A DNA stretch of 64,000 bases, taken from NCBI RefSeq assembly GCF_009914755.1, contig NC_060929.1; one strand, written 5' to 3'. Source of the DNA: the human T2T-CHM13v2.0 reference genome, Homo sapiens. How positions within the stretch are numbered: the first letter of the stretch is position 1; every line of letters starts with the position of its first letter. The position numbers were made by a program, and so were the translations under genes. Under the pieces are notes generated by a model. The model saw only the letters and a list, made by a program, of their open reading frames with translations, made no database searches and had not been told where the DNA came from. Below are positions 1 through 12,855 of this stretch, one piece after another.

Positions 1-90
1 CTTCCTCTTCTTATAAAGCCACAACTTGTACTGCATTAAAGCCCCACCCTTATGACCTTATTTAACCTCAGTGACCTCCTAAAAGCCCTA
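1..90 (-). mobile_element. MLT1 (ERVL-MaLR) LTR fragment running off the window start
   Basis: ttcctcttcttataaagcc...gccccacccttatgaccttatttaacct resembles the antisense MLT1A/B/C LTR. Confidence 0.6.
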
Positions 91-367
91 ACTTTTGACC
101 ACACCTAACTGCAAGGGAGCCTAGAAGATGCAATTCAGCTGCGTGCTCAGGCAGACAAGGAGAGCATGGCCATTGCTGAAAGCAGTGCAAGAAGCAGGTG
201 GGAGGGTACCCCAGATAGATGGATCATTGTGTGCCAAAGTCTGGAGGAATACTAACAAGGTGAACCGGGGCACCGCCACATGCTCAGCTGTCTGGCCCTG
301 GGTGTAGGAGTGGGGAATGGTGGGAGGGAAGTGACTATGTTGGGCAACAAGATTCCCTGGCCCTTAA

Positions 368-558
368 TTAGCCAGGTGTGGTGCCCCGTGCCTGTGGTCC
401 CAACTACTCAGGAAGCTGAGGTGAGAGGATGGCTTGAGCCCAGGAGGTCAAGGATGCAGTGAGCTGTGATTGCACCACTCCACTGCAACAGAGCTTGCTC
501 CATTGGGCAACAGAGCAAGACCGTGTCTCAAAAAAAATAAAAAAAATTAAAAAAAGGA
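368..558 (+). mobile_element. 5'-truncated AluJ (right monomer)
   Basis: ttagccaggtgtggtg...gcttgagcccaggaggtcaagg...A-tail; TSD aagattccctggcccttaa (349-367) / aaaattccctggctcttaa (559-577). Confidence 0.9.
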
Positions 559-929
559 AAAATTCCCTGGCTCTTAAAGAGGGTCACGGGCAGAACTCAT
601 GCTCAAGACCATCACTCAGGGGTAGCTTGGCTCACAGTTTCTTCCAACTTAGACAATTGAGTATTTCTTTGAACATATGATTTCAAAGGATTCTTTAAAA
701 CACTTTAACCATTCATTTATTAGTAGGGAACATACTCATATTGTTCCACATTTGAAAAGTGAAACGAGTCAATCATGACAAACCTCCCTTCCACCCTGTC
801 TCTCAGGCACACACTCCTCCTCCTCCCTCAAGGCAGCCAATGCTTTCAGTTTCATGCGTCATCTTGCAGTGATGTTTTATGCAAATATAAATTTTATATA
901 TAATACATTCTTCCTTTTGTCCAGTTTTG

Positions 930-1200
930 CACTAATTGTAGCATGCTCAACATAGTATCCTGATCCGTATTTTTCTCTGAGATTTTTTTCATGGTGATAT
1001 GTAAAGAGCCTTCTTGATGACAACGTAGAACTCCACTCTATGATTGTACCACCAGGATAGTCCCCTACTGATGGACAGTTAGGTTATTTCTAATTTATAA
1101 ATAATCTTGTAATTAAGTTTGCATATATCACTTCATGCAGGGGTAGATCTATTTGCAGGATAAACTCATAGGAATAGAACTTCTGGGTGAAAGGGTTATA
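930..1200 (-). mobile_element. Old L1M (L1ME/MC-like) fragment
   Basis: ctactgatggacagttaggttatttctaa...ggataaactcataggaatagaacttctgggtgaaaggg resembles the antisense L1 ORF2 3' end. Confidence 0.55.
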
Positions 1201-1581
1201 CTATTCTAGCATAACTGGCTGTGAACCGCTGGGCCACTCCACATGTCCTTCTGTCTGAGTCCCTCCCTAGTCCCACCCAATGATGCAGACCTGGGCGACA
1301 GTTCTGAGAGGTGCTGAGCCCAGCCATGTGGCCCCTGGCATGGTTCCATGCCCCTTGGAAGATGGCAGTGCCCAGAGTGTTCTCCTCAGATTCTTGGCTG
1401 GAGACGTCTCAGGGAGGCCATCCTGTGACCCCCATGCCCGTGGTCCCACATCAAGGATCATTGTTTCACTGCCACTCTTCAACCACCAGCCCAGCCCCAT
1501 TCCTACCCCCTCCTCCAGCTCTATGACTTCACCCCTCACTCCCAGAACAGAGGCAAAGCCCAACGAAGGCCAAGGCAGCAC

Positions 1582-2065
1582 TGTGATAGCCAGAACAATG
1601 GCCCCTCCAAAGCCATCCATGTCCCAATCCACACAATCTGTGACTATGTTGCCTTACATAGCAAAAGAGACTTTAAGATATGAAGTCAAGGATCTCATGA
1701 TGGAGAGATTATTCTGCATTATTTGGCTGAGCCCAGGGTAATCGCTAGGGTCCTTAAAAAATGGAGACGGGAGGCCGAAAGTGAGTCAGAGAGAGTCTGG
1801 AAGATGTTATGCTGCTGGCTTTGGAGTGGAGGGAAGGGTCGTGAACCAGGGTATATAGGTGGCTTCTAGAAACTGGGAAAAACAAAGCTATGGCTTCTCC
1901 CCTAAAGCCTCCAGGAGGAATGCAATCCTGCTGACACACTGGTTTTAGCCCAGTGAGACCTATTTTGGACTTCTGACCTTCAGAACTGGAAGGTAATAAA
2001 TTTGTGTTGTTTTCAGCCACTAAGCTTATAGTAATCTTTTACAGCAGTAACAGGAGACTAATCCA
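1582..2065 (+). mobile_element. MLT1D-like solo LTR, full length
   Basis: Starts tgtgatagccagaacaatggcccc; internal tgtgactatgttgccttacatagcaaaagagacttt; aataaatttgtgttgttttcagccactaag; ends ctaatcca. Confidence 0.85.
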
Positions 2066-2131
2066 ACAGTCCCCGAACTGCCCCGCGTGGGAGTCCAGTG
2101 CTGCCTCTCTCCTGCCTCCCCTCTCTCAGAA

Positions 2132-2300
2132 GGCCTGGCTTCAAATCCTTGTTCTCCTTACCCACCGGGTGCTTTTGGGTACATGCAGCATTTCTTTGGG
2201 CCTCAGTTCTCTCATCTGCAAAACGCAGCACATGATCAAACTGTCACAAGGTTGCCGGGAGGTTAAATGAGATGATGCTTGTGAAGTCTCTTAGCAACTT
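2132..2300 (+). mobile_element. MIR
   Basis: Core gcctcagttctctcatctgcaaaa...gaggttaaatgagatgatgcttgtgaagt. Confidence 0.75.
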
Positions 2301-2752
2301 TGCCTGCCATGAAATCGGTGCTTGATATTTTTAGATGTTGAGCATAATTCTGAAACTTTCAGTTGTGCTCCCAGAACCTACTCCTGCTCTGGCCCTGGCT
2401 AGGGCCCTAACTTCCCCTAAGGAGACAGCCCCTTCCTGCAGTGCTTACACCCAGCAGAGACCCTCAGGGAGGCAACTCTCTCCTTTCAACCGGCCCCAAG
2501 GAACCAGGGCCCTGAGGTGCTGTTCTCAGCAAAGAGGAAACTCAACCCAGGTTCAAATCCTTTTTTTTTTTTTTTCTGCCACTTCCCAGCTGGGTGGCAT
2601 TGGGGGAGTTACTCCACCACTCCGAGCCTTGGTTTCCCCCTTTGTAGAATACCCACAGTGAGCCCTAGCCCAGGATGCTGGCCCAGGAGTGTGCTCATGG
2701 CTGGGCACGTAGCAGGTACTGGATAAACAGCTTCAGTGCACTGCCCTCTCAG

Positions 2753-2905
2753 CCAGGACCAGACCCCAGACTTGGTGGACCCTGGGGCTCATACAGTGTG
2801 TAGCGCCTCTTTAAGAAGGAGCATCTGAACTTACAAACATACAATAGGGCTTCTGATGGGGCCTATGCCGGGGAGGCATCCTGAGGCCTGAATTCCATTC
2901 GCTTC
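2753..2905. mobile_element. Ancient hAT-Tip100-like MITE fragment
   Basis: ggggctcatacagtg...cctctttaagaagg...acaaacatacaatagggc...ggggcc...ctgaggcctgaattccattcgcttc resembles old hAT MITE consensus; family uncertain. Confidence 0.4.
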
Positions 2906-3172
2906 TGCTTTCTGCTCTCAATCCCTCCTCCTCCGTAATGACCGGGCCAAACGTGTTTCAGAAACGTCCCTCCCAACTTGCCTGAATAAGCCCCAGGAGC
3001 CTGAGATTTTTACGAAATTGTCAGAGGCAGTGACCATCTTAGTCTCCCAGCAGGATCCAAGCTCCCTTGGTAAGTGAGCAAGACTTTTGATGGAACAAAA
3101 GCAAAATCTCTATCTGATGAGATTAGCTCCTTGGAAAAGAGCACACAGTTCATCTCTACCTTGCTTGGACAG

Positions 3173-3330
3173 TAGAGCTGCCAGATTAAAACAGCAACAA
3201 CAACAGCTATATACATATGGATTCAATTTAATTTGAATTCCAGATAATGAATAATTCTTTAGTATAAGTATATACCAAATATTGCATGAGACATTTAACT
3301 GGATGTCCTGAATTTTATCTGGCAGCCCTG
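3173..3330. mobile_element. MER53 (palindromic hAT MITE), internally deleted
   Basis: TIRs tagagctgccagat / atctggcagccctg; core atttgaattccagataa...tttagtataagtatataccaaatattgcatg. Confidence 0.8.
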
Positions 3331-3795
3331 TCTGTCAGAGACACAGCAACATGGCTATTCAAATTCAGGATGTGTTTTGCAGAAGTGTTCCTGCTTTGAG
3401 AAGCAGCTGGGGGCCCTTGAACTTCAGCAGAATAACCAGTGGCAGAGGAAGGGATATGGGAAGCTGCCCCCGGGCAGGTTGGTGACGCTTTTAACAGCTG
3501 CACCCAGAGCCAGGTGGTCAGGGCCTGAACTGTAGCCTAAAATGAGCCTTGCAGCCACCCCCAGAGCAGGTGTTGGCACACCCATTTCTGCAGATGTGAA
3601 AGCCAGAGCGCAGCAAGAAAGGAACACCTTGTGAGCACCTACTATATGCTGGCATCTTACACGCATTAGCTCATAGCTAAGAGTGGGCAGATTTTGTAGC
3701 TGTTGCTATTAATGTAATGCAAGCATCAGAGAAGCATTATATGAAAAATAAGTCTTCTTCCCCACATTTGAGAGCGCTCAACCTCTTAAACCTCT

Positions 3796-4019
3796 CAGCG
3801 ATTCCTCAGCCTCAGCACTATTGACATCTTGGGCCAAACTTTTTTCTTTTTTTTGTCGTGGGCTGACCTGTGCACTGTAGAATGTTTAGAAGCATTCCTG
3901 GCCTCTAGCCACTCAATGCCAGTGGCACCCCCCTCCCCGCCCCGTGACAACCAAGAAAATGACTCCAGACATTGCCAAATGTCCCGTAGGAGGCAAAAAT
4001 CGCCCCTGCAAAACCACTG
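3796..4019 (-). mobile_element. MER20 (hAT-Charlie)
   Basis: cagcactattgacatcttgggcc...gtgacaaccaagaaaatgactccagacattgccaaatgtccc...ggcaaaaatcgccc...aaccactg. Confidence 0.9.
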
Positions 4020-4046
4020 CTCTAGAATAATCACTGTTAATCATTT

Positions 4047-4762
4047 TGTGAAAGGGAAATAAATCTTGGGACCCCAAAATCACTAGGCCAAAGGGAAAAG
4101 TCAAGCTGGAAACCATGTTGGGCAAACCCACCACCCATTTCCTTCCTGAAGAAGATAGCTACAAAGATTTTTAAAAGCTACTTACCTTCCTCACAATTTT
4201 CCCACAAGGAAATTCCTTGTGGGCCTCAAGATCTTCACCCTAAATTAGTTCTGTTGAATTTCACCCTGGCAATGTAAACCAACAGCTGATCTTCACAGAT
4301 GTGGGACAGAAAGTCATCCCTCTGCTCACCTGAAGCAAATGCCTATCCGATTGCTTCCTCTGCCCTATTGTTTATGTAAAAATGCTGATTCACTGAGCCA
4401 GACTAAGGCATAAGTGACTATTCTTCTACGCCCCCGCCCCCCACCACCGCATGTAAATTGTGTATTCAGTGAAAGGCTGATTAAAGACTCAAAAGAATGC
4501 GACTATTTGTCTCTTGTCTACCTATGACCTGGAAACCACCCCCTCCACCTTTCTGGACCGAACCAATGTACATCTTACACATATTGATTGATGTTTCATG
4601 TCTTCCTAAAACATATAAAAGCAAGCTGTATCTCAACTACCTTGGGGCCAAACAATTTTTGGCCTCAGGACCTCCTGAGGCTATGTCATGGGTGCGTCCT
4701 TAACCTTGGCAAAGTAAACTTTCTAAACTGATTAAGACTGTCTCAGGTACTTTGGGTTCACA
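4047..4762 (+). mobile_element. MER4-family (ERV1) solo LTR
   Basis: TG...CA termini; starts tgtgaaagggaaataaatcttgggaccccaaaatcactaggccaaagggaaaagtcaagctgg; ends tctcaggtactttgggttcaca. Confidence 0.85.
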
Positions 4763-4848
4763 CTTCCTTGAGAATATTTTTAGAATACTTCTAAGCACAT
4801 GTGTATGCCTTTAAAAAACAAAACCAAACAACGACAACAAAAAGACAA

Positions 4849-5120
4849 GGCCAGGCTCAGTGGCTCACCCCTGTAATCCCAGCACTGTGGGATTACAGGA
4901 TCTCTTTGAGCCCAGGAGTTTGAGACCCGCCTCAGCAACATGGTGAAACCCTATCTCTACTAAAAATACAAAAAACTAGTAAAGTGTGGTGGTAGACACC
5001 TGTAGTCCCAGCTGCTTGGGAGGATGACTTGAGCCTGGGAGGAGGAGGTTGCAGTGAGCTGTGACTGAGCTACTGCACTCCAGCCTGGGTGACAGAGTGA
5101 GAGCTTGTCTCAAAAAAAAA
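4849..5120 (+). mobile_element. AluJ with internal hairpin rearrangement and right-arm deletion
   Basis: Dimeric Alu with ttgagcccaggagtttgag J-type features; A-tail 5112-5120. Confidence 0.9.
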
Positions 5121-5199
5121 GTTTTAAAGAGACAGGTTAATATATACACCTCTTTTATCACTTGCCTTTTTACTTATCAGTATACCTTGGACATCTTTC

Positions 5200-5485
5200 T
5201 GTACATCCCACTCATGAATCTGCATTTCTCCTTTGACAACTACGTGGCATTTCTTTGTGGGTATTGCTGCCATTGATGTAACCAGTTCCCTCACTACTGA
5301 GGCAGTTGAGTTGTTTCCAGTGTTTTGCTGTTACAAACAGTATTCCAGTCAGCATTCTCACACATGTATCTTGATATATCCATAGGATAAACCCCTAAAA
5401 GTGGAATCACTGGGCCATAGGTATGTTCAGTTTTAATTTGATGTGCCACATTATATCCAAAATAGTTTGTACAATTTACTCCATT
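5200..5485 (-). mobile_element. Old L1M fragment
   Basis: ttgtttccagtgttttgctgttacaaacag...taggataaacccctaaaagtggaatcactgggccatagg...tgtacaatttactcc. Confidence 0.7.
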
Positions 5486-5514
5486 GCCGCTAACATCTTG
5501 ATGAAAAGTACCAA

Positions 5515-6055
<541 letters not shown>

Positions 6056-6567
6056 ATACATTTACTCTTCATAACAATTGTGTGAGCTGGGCCCCATTAT
6101 TCCCATTTCCAATGGGATTACTGAGGCTCCAAGTAGTTAAAGTGACTTGCTCAGGGACATAGAACCCAATCACAAATCTGAGCCTGACTCCAGAATCTGT
6201 GTTCTTCTCTTGAGACTCCATGCCAACTCCTCCAGGAAGCTCTCTGGGATTACTCCAGCCATCCTTATCATCTAACCCCTAAGAGCAGCTCCTTGGGAGC
6301 CCTGGGAATCTGCAGCAGGCATTTCAACTCAGAGTGCATAGGTGTGTGGGTGTGTGGGATCTCACAGATGTTGAAGTCAGACAGACTAGATTAGAAACCC
6401 CTATGCCATCTACCTTCTGAAGTGAACTAGGGCAAGAGACCCTCCCTCTTGGGGTCTCAGTTATTTCATTATTATGATGCTCGTTATTACTGTTGCTATT
6501 AGTAACATGATAACAGTGATTACCCCTTATGGAGAGCCTTCTCTGTACCGCCTTTTATAGTGGGTAG

Positions 6568-6930
6568 TGTTTTAGTTTAGGTCCCTCAGGAAGCAGACAC
6601 TGAGACAATGATTTGGGGCAAGGTTTTTATTTGGAAGGTGACCCCAGGCATCTTGGTGAGAGACTAGGGAAGTGACACAGGGAACAGAGTAAAACCATGG
6701 GATGGTGTGTGATGGACAGGTAATTGCCAAGGCTAGCTGGGCTCCAGCCTGCTGGGGACCTCTGAGAAGTCATGTGGCTCACGCCATGGAATACCCTACC
6801 CAGGCAATCCTCAGTGGTTGGGGGTCACTCTCGCTTTGTTGACTACAAGGCATTCCCACAGCCTCAGGTGGGGGCTGGGGTACTGTCTGCAGGTGGCCAG
6901 TAGCACAGCCTCCCTGCAGGCAATTTACAG
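6568..6930 (-). mobile_element. LTR33/LTR16-like (ERVL) LTR
   Basis: tgtttttagtttaggtccctcaggaagcagacactgagacaatgatttg...tttatttggaaggtgaccccagg. Confidence 0.7.
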
Positions 6931-7217
6931 GAGCCTCAGAATGAATTAATCACCACTCACATTGTGTTTACCACTGACCTTGTGTTTTAATTATCATTGA
7001 CCTAATTGCCATTGACCTTGTGTTTTTTTCCTGTGAGTTCTGTCACTCTTTGGAGGGTCTATGCCTTGTACCTCACTTGGGTTTTTTGCAGTACCATGTG
7101 GGGCATGGCATAAACCTCCATAAATTGAGGCTGATGATTTGAATCCTTCAGTCATCAGCAAATATTTACTGTGTACCTACTATGTACTACGTGCTGTTTA
7201 AGAAATTAGTAGACTTC

Positions 7218-7866
<649 letters not shown>

Positions 7867-8217
7867 ATGCTGGGAGTACAGCTAGGACAAAATAAAATTT
7901 CTGTCTTCAGGGAGCTAACATTTTAGTAGGGAGAGGGATAATATGTAAGCCAGCAAATAACACACCCAAGTCCAGGCGATGATAGAGGCTGTGAAGAGAA
8001 TTTGTGTGGCTAGGGGAGGGGAGCTCTTGTTTAGACAGGATGGTCAGTGAAGGCCTCTTTGAGGAGATGACACTTGAGCAGAGCCTTCTCTGGCCGGAGA
8101 CCCAAGGAGGCCAGGCTGTGGCTCCGAGGCCTGTGCTGCTGAGAGGCTGTGAAAGATTCCATAGGCCACAGTGGGTGGACCCAGAAAGGCACGTTGACCC
8201 CTCACAGTAAAGGGAGG

Positions 8218-8902
8218 TGTCATGGCTGAACTGGGTCCCCCTGGCCTCAAATTCATATGTTGATGTCCTACCCCTAGTACCTCAAAATGTGACCACATTT
8301 ACAGAGAGCATTTTTTTTTTTTTTTAGACAAAGTCTCGCTCTGTCACTCAGTCTGGAGTGCAGTGGCACCATCTCAGCTCACTGCAACCTCTGCCTTCCA
8401 GGTTCAAGTGATTCTCATGCTCAGCCTCCTGAGTAGCTGGGATTACAGGTGGGCACCACCACACCCAGCTATTTTTTTTTTTTGTAATTTTTAGTAGAAA
8501 TGGGGTTTCACCATGTTGGCCAGGCTTGTCTTGAACTCCTGGCCTCAAGTAATCCACCCACCTTGGTGTCCCAAAGTGCTGGGATTACAGGCACGAGCCA
8601 CGGCACCCAGGCAGAAAGAAAGAGGGTAAGAAGTTAAATGGAGCCATTAGGGTGTGCCCTCCTCTGGTATGAATGGTGTCCTTACAAGAAGAGGAAATTA
8701 GGACACAGACACACACAGAGGGAAGACCAAGTGAATGAAGATGGCATCGGCACACCAAGGAGAGAGGCCTCAAGAGAAACCAACCCTGCTGACATCTTGA
8801 TCTTGGGTTTCTAGTCTCCGGAACTAGGAGGCAATAGATGTCTGTGGTTTAAGCATCCCAGACTGTGGTATTTTGTCGTGGCAGCTGGAGCAAGCTAGCA
8901 CA
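8218..8902 (+). mobile_element. MLT1B-like solo LTR interrupted by an Alu
   Basis: TG...CA ends; perfect 5-bp TSD ggagg (8213-8217 / 8903-8907); aaattcatatgttga...ctcaaaatgtgacc; ccaaccctgctgacatcttgatcttgg. Confidence 0.88.
8311..8612 (-). mobile_element. AluS
   Basis: Poly-T then antisense Alu dimer ending caaagtgctgggattacaggcacgagccac. Confidence 0.95.
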
Positions 8903-9169
8903 GGAGGCACGAAACCTGCCCTTCCATTCCCCCAGCCCTCCCATCCCATGCAGAGGTGTTAGAGAGCATGATCTACTGTCACTGAAACAGTCTAGGTCCT
9001 AGAAGCTGCCTTGAGGTGGCCTTCCTTTCCATCTCGGGGGAGCAGAGCTAGCTGTTCTACCTGCCTTGCTCTATGACTCGCTGCTGGTTGTGGAGGCCAC
9101 TCACGGAGGACCCACTGGGCATGTCCAGAACAGCATCACAGACATCTGCATCCTGACAGGCAGAGGCCA

Positions 9170-9340
9170 AGACCCCATTCTTCCTTCCACTTAGTAGTTG
9201 TGTGACCTTGAGTGGGTTACACCTTCCAAGCCTCAGTTTCTATATCTGTGCAATAAGGGGAAGTGAAGGTTCCTCCCTCCTGGGGGGGACCGGGGAACCA
9301 AATGAGTGACCGTGTGAGAAACACTCAGCCCAGCCCAGAA
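9170..9340 (+). mobile_element. MIR
   Basis: ccacttagtagttgtgtgaccttgagtgggttac...gcctcagtttctatatctgtgcaat. Confidence 0.75.
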
Positions 9341-9884
9341 CACAGATGAGGTTAGCAACCCTTTCATCCCATGTAGCATTTGTCTTTACAATGAGTCTGA
9401 GGGGGAGACGTTATCCCCATTTTATGCAAGAAACCTGACCTAAGGGCACCTTGCGGTGACCAGCCAGTCAACCCACAGCCTTGAAGAAGGGACCACCACC
9501 CCCTGGCTGGTTCTGCCCCCGATCCTCTGGTGGAGCAGGTGGTGCAGTTGGCTGTGGCACTGACATCACTGCGGTCCAGGCTGTGGGCCCTGGTCTTGTA
9601 AATAAGTCTCAAAAATTTGACTCCACTCTCCGTCCCTCCCTAGCCCCTTGAGTCAGCAGGACTGCCCTGAAACAGCTCAAGAACAGACTTTCCATGACGT
9701 TTCCAGCTTTTAATTTTCCTAGTTCCCTTCTAAATCACCTCTCTGGACCTCAGTTTCCTCATTTGAAAAAATGGGTAGAAGGGGTCAGTGCTTTCTCAGG
9801 CCTCCCCGCCACAGCAGAACCATCTAGGAATTCTGCCAGAAATGTCACTGGGGGAAGTCATGCCATGGTGACAGTCACACTTAA

Positions 9885-10105
9885 TGACAGCTCTTATTGA
9901 CTGCACATTTCCTATATCAGGTACTTTCTATACATCCTCTCATTTTATGTCTGACAAGGAGCCTATGAGGTGGTTGATACTGTCCCTATTTTACAGATGA
10001 GAAGACAGAGACCCAGAGATGCTCAGTGGTATTTTCAAGTCCTCATGGCCAGTGCATGGTAGAGCTGAGACTTGAAATCAAGTCTGTCTGGGTTTGAAGT
10101 CTGTG
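9885..10105 (-). mobile_element. MIR
   Basis: cctatgaggtgg...ccctattttacagatgagaagacagag...agagctgagacttgaaatcaagtctgtctg. Confidence 0.8.
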
Positions 10106-10413
10106 TCTCCTGCATCCTGACCCTGACCCCCCGTGTGTCTCGTGGCTTACAGTTTTAGGGTTTTGTTTTTAGGCAAAACACTGTTTTGTCTGAATTACAA
10201 TTCAGTTCAGGTTTATTTTAAAATTCATAACAACACAGGTGACTTCCAAATTGTAGCAGCAAGGTTGGTGCCTAGAGCGCAAGTTTTACAGCCCAGGTTT
10301 TCCTTTGCTCTTCCTTGGGAGGGGAAACATCCTGTGCCATGAGCATTTGCTTTAATTTTTACATACACACACAGACACAGACACAGATACACACACACCC
10401 AGGGATAGATTCA

Positions 10414-10794
<381 letters not shown>

Positions 10795-11269
10795 TTAAAG
10801 TTCAAACTAAAATCCTGAAGAGATTGACTATGCTGATTTCCTTTGGACGTTAAAAAGCCTGCCAGAAGGATGCTAATTGACAAGGCTTCCCAGGGCTTGG
10901 AGGAGTTTCCCAGAATGCACTGTGAGTGAGGCAGACAAGGCTGCACGGGCCCAGTTCTCTTTGTTCTGCATGTGTGTTGCTGCGGCATGGCATGATGGAG
11001 ACAGATAAATGCGAAAACATTTTGTACACTGGATAGTGTACAACAAGGAGGAGGAGGAGAATGTGGCTCACATGGCCTGGTTTCAGGCTCAGCTTTGCCC
11101 CCAGCTAACTGTGTGACCTGGAGGAAGTTGCTTATCTGGGCTGCAGTCTGTCCCTAAGAAATAGTTGGACACTACAAGATCTCATTTTTCCATTTGAGTC
11201 TAAAAAAGATTACCTTGGCCAATGTGGCACAAAATTCTGTTTCCTAGAAACATACTCTTAGCAGCAGCA

Positions 11270-11495
11270 ATGATAACAAAATATAAAAGTAGCTAATATT
11301 TATGAAGCACGTAGTATGAGCTAAGCACTGAGCAAAATAATTTTTGCATGGCCCATCTCACTTATATCTCCTGATAAAGGCACAAGCTGGATACTTATAT
11401 TATCCCTACACTAAGGATGAGAAAACTGAAACTCAGAGAGGCTAAAGGATTGCTGAAGTCCCTGAGCTAGAAAGTGGCAGATCTAGGATTTGGAA
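11270..11495 (-). mobile_element. MIR
   Basis: agctaatatttatgaagcac...gatgagaaaactgaaactcagagagg...gctagaaagtggcagatctaggattt. Confidence 0.75.
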
Positions 11496-12789
11496 ATTTG
11501 GAAAACCAAATTTTCCTGCGTCCATGGTCTCCCCCTTAAGCAAAGGTTCAGGTCACAGTCATAAGCCTGGATGCAGCAGTGGAGATGGTTAGGGCTGATA
11601 GGCCCTCACTTCAGGGTCACCAACAAGCCAGAGTCTGATCTCCTCTAACGGAGTGTCCCTGGCTTCGGCAGGCAGTGCGGGAGCGTAACCGGATCTGCTT
11701 AGAGAGGCCCCAGCTTGCGCCATTCACTGGGCCAGAAACCTGAGCTGCTCCTGAGAGGGCTGGAAAACAGCCTGGGGCTTGGAGATTGGCTCACACTATC
11801 CCAGCTATTCCAACGCAGACTAAATGGCTTCTGGCCCTTGTTAATGGCGCCATCTCAGATCAGTGCCAGGGGAACCACTGGTCATTTGGGGGCACTGGAG
11901 GGAGCAGGGTAGAGGCGTGGGGTGATGGTGGGTGATTAGCAGCTCCCCTCTTCCTCCTCGCCCCTTGGTCCCTCTAGTTGACCCACCACCTTCCCCCAGT
12001 TGACGCAGCACAAATTTCTGGTGGGAGGGATACTCAGGTTTGGGAGTCCGTTTCATTCCTGCATGTTCACTATTTATAAGCCCAAGTCACAGCCTGCCTG
12101 GAAATTCCAGGCCACACTCCTGCAACCCAACCTGATCAAATATTCATGGAAGCCGATGAGCTGTCATCACCATGAATCCCACGATCTGCATTTATTGCTT
12201 TGACACTACTTTATAGGAATTACTTCTCCTCCTCTGCCCTGTGCCACATTTTCACCACCCTTCCCCAGTAAATCCAGCTCTGAGTAATTTATAAATCTGT
12301 AGCTTATCAAAATTGTGCTCAGGCCTCAACTTGGGAGAAGGAAACTAAATGGAAATTAATTTATATATTGGGCATTGATTACAGTGTAGACTCTTTTAAA
12401 TGTTTGTTTGCAGAAGTGCATGGTAAGGTAAAAAGAATCTTTCAATCAGAAAGACCAGGTCTTGAGTCCCAAAGCTGCCTTTTGCAATGTGATAATAATA
12501 ACTTAATTGAATCTGAGTTCATCGTGTCTCAGACAAGGCACTCACATGACAAGTCTATGAGCCAAAATATGTTATTATTATCCCTCCTATTTTTCAGATG
12601 AGGAAACTGAGGCACAGAGAGGTTACATAAATTGCAAAAGGCAAATCGCAAGGTCACATAAATTGCAAAAGGTAAATTGCTAAGCCCAATTTCCACATAT
12701 TGGGAAAATAAGGGATAATAATTCCTGATTTACCAGGTACTTGGGAAGGTTAGATTCTGTAAAGTGGAGGGCTTAGCACATAGAATGCC

Positions 12790-12855
12790 TCCCATCCCCT
12801 CCCCTTCTCTCCCCTTCCCTTCCCTTCCCTTCCCTCCTGCCTTCTTTCTTGCTTT
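12790..12855. repeat. (CCCTT)n-type pyrimidine tract
   Basis: cccctccccttctctccccttcccttcccttcccttccc. Confidence 0.8.

Noticed and set aside
11845-11860. ggcgccatct, resembling a CTCF/YY1 core
   Set aside because: The other half of the CTCF motif is missing.
12300-12309. tagcttatca, identical to the 5' end of miR-21
   Set aside because: Only 10 nt match and there is no hairpin; consistent with chance.
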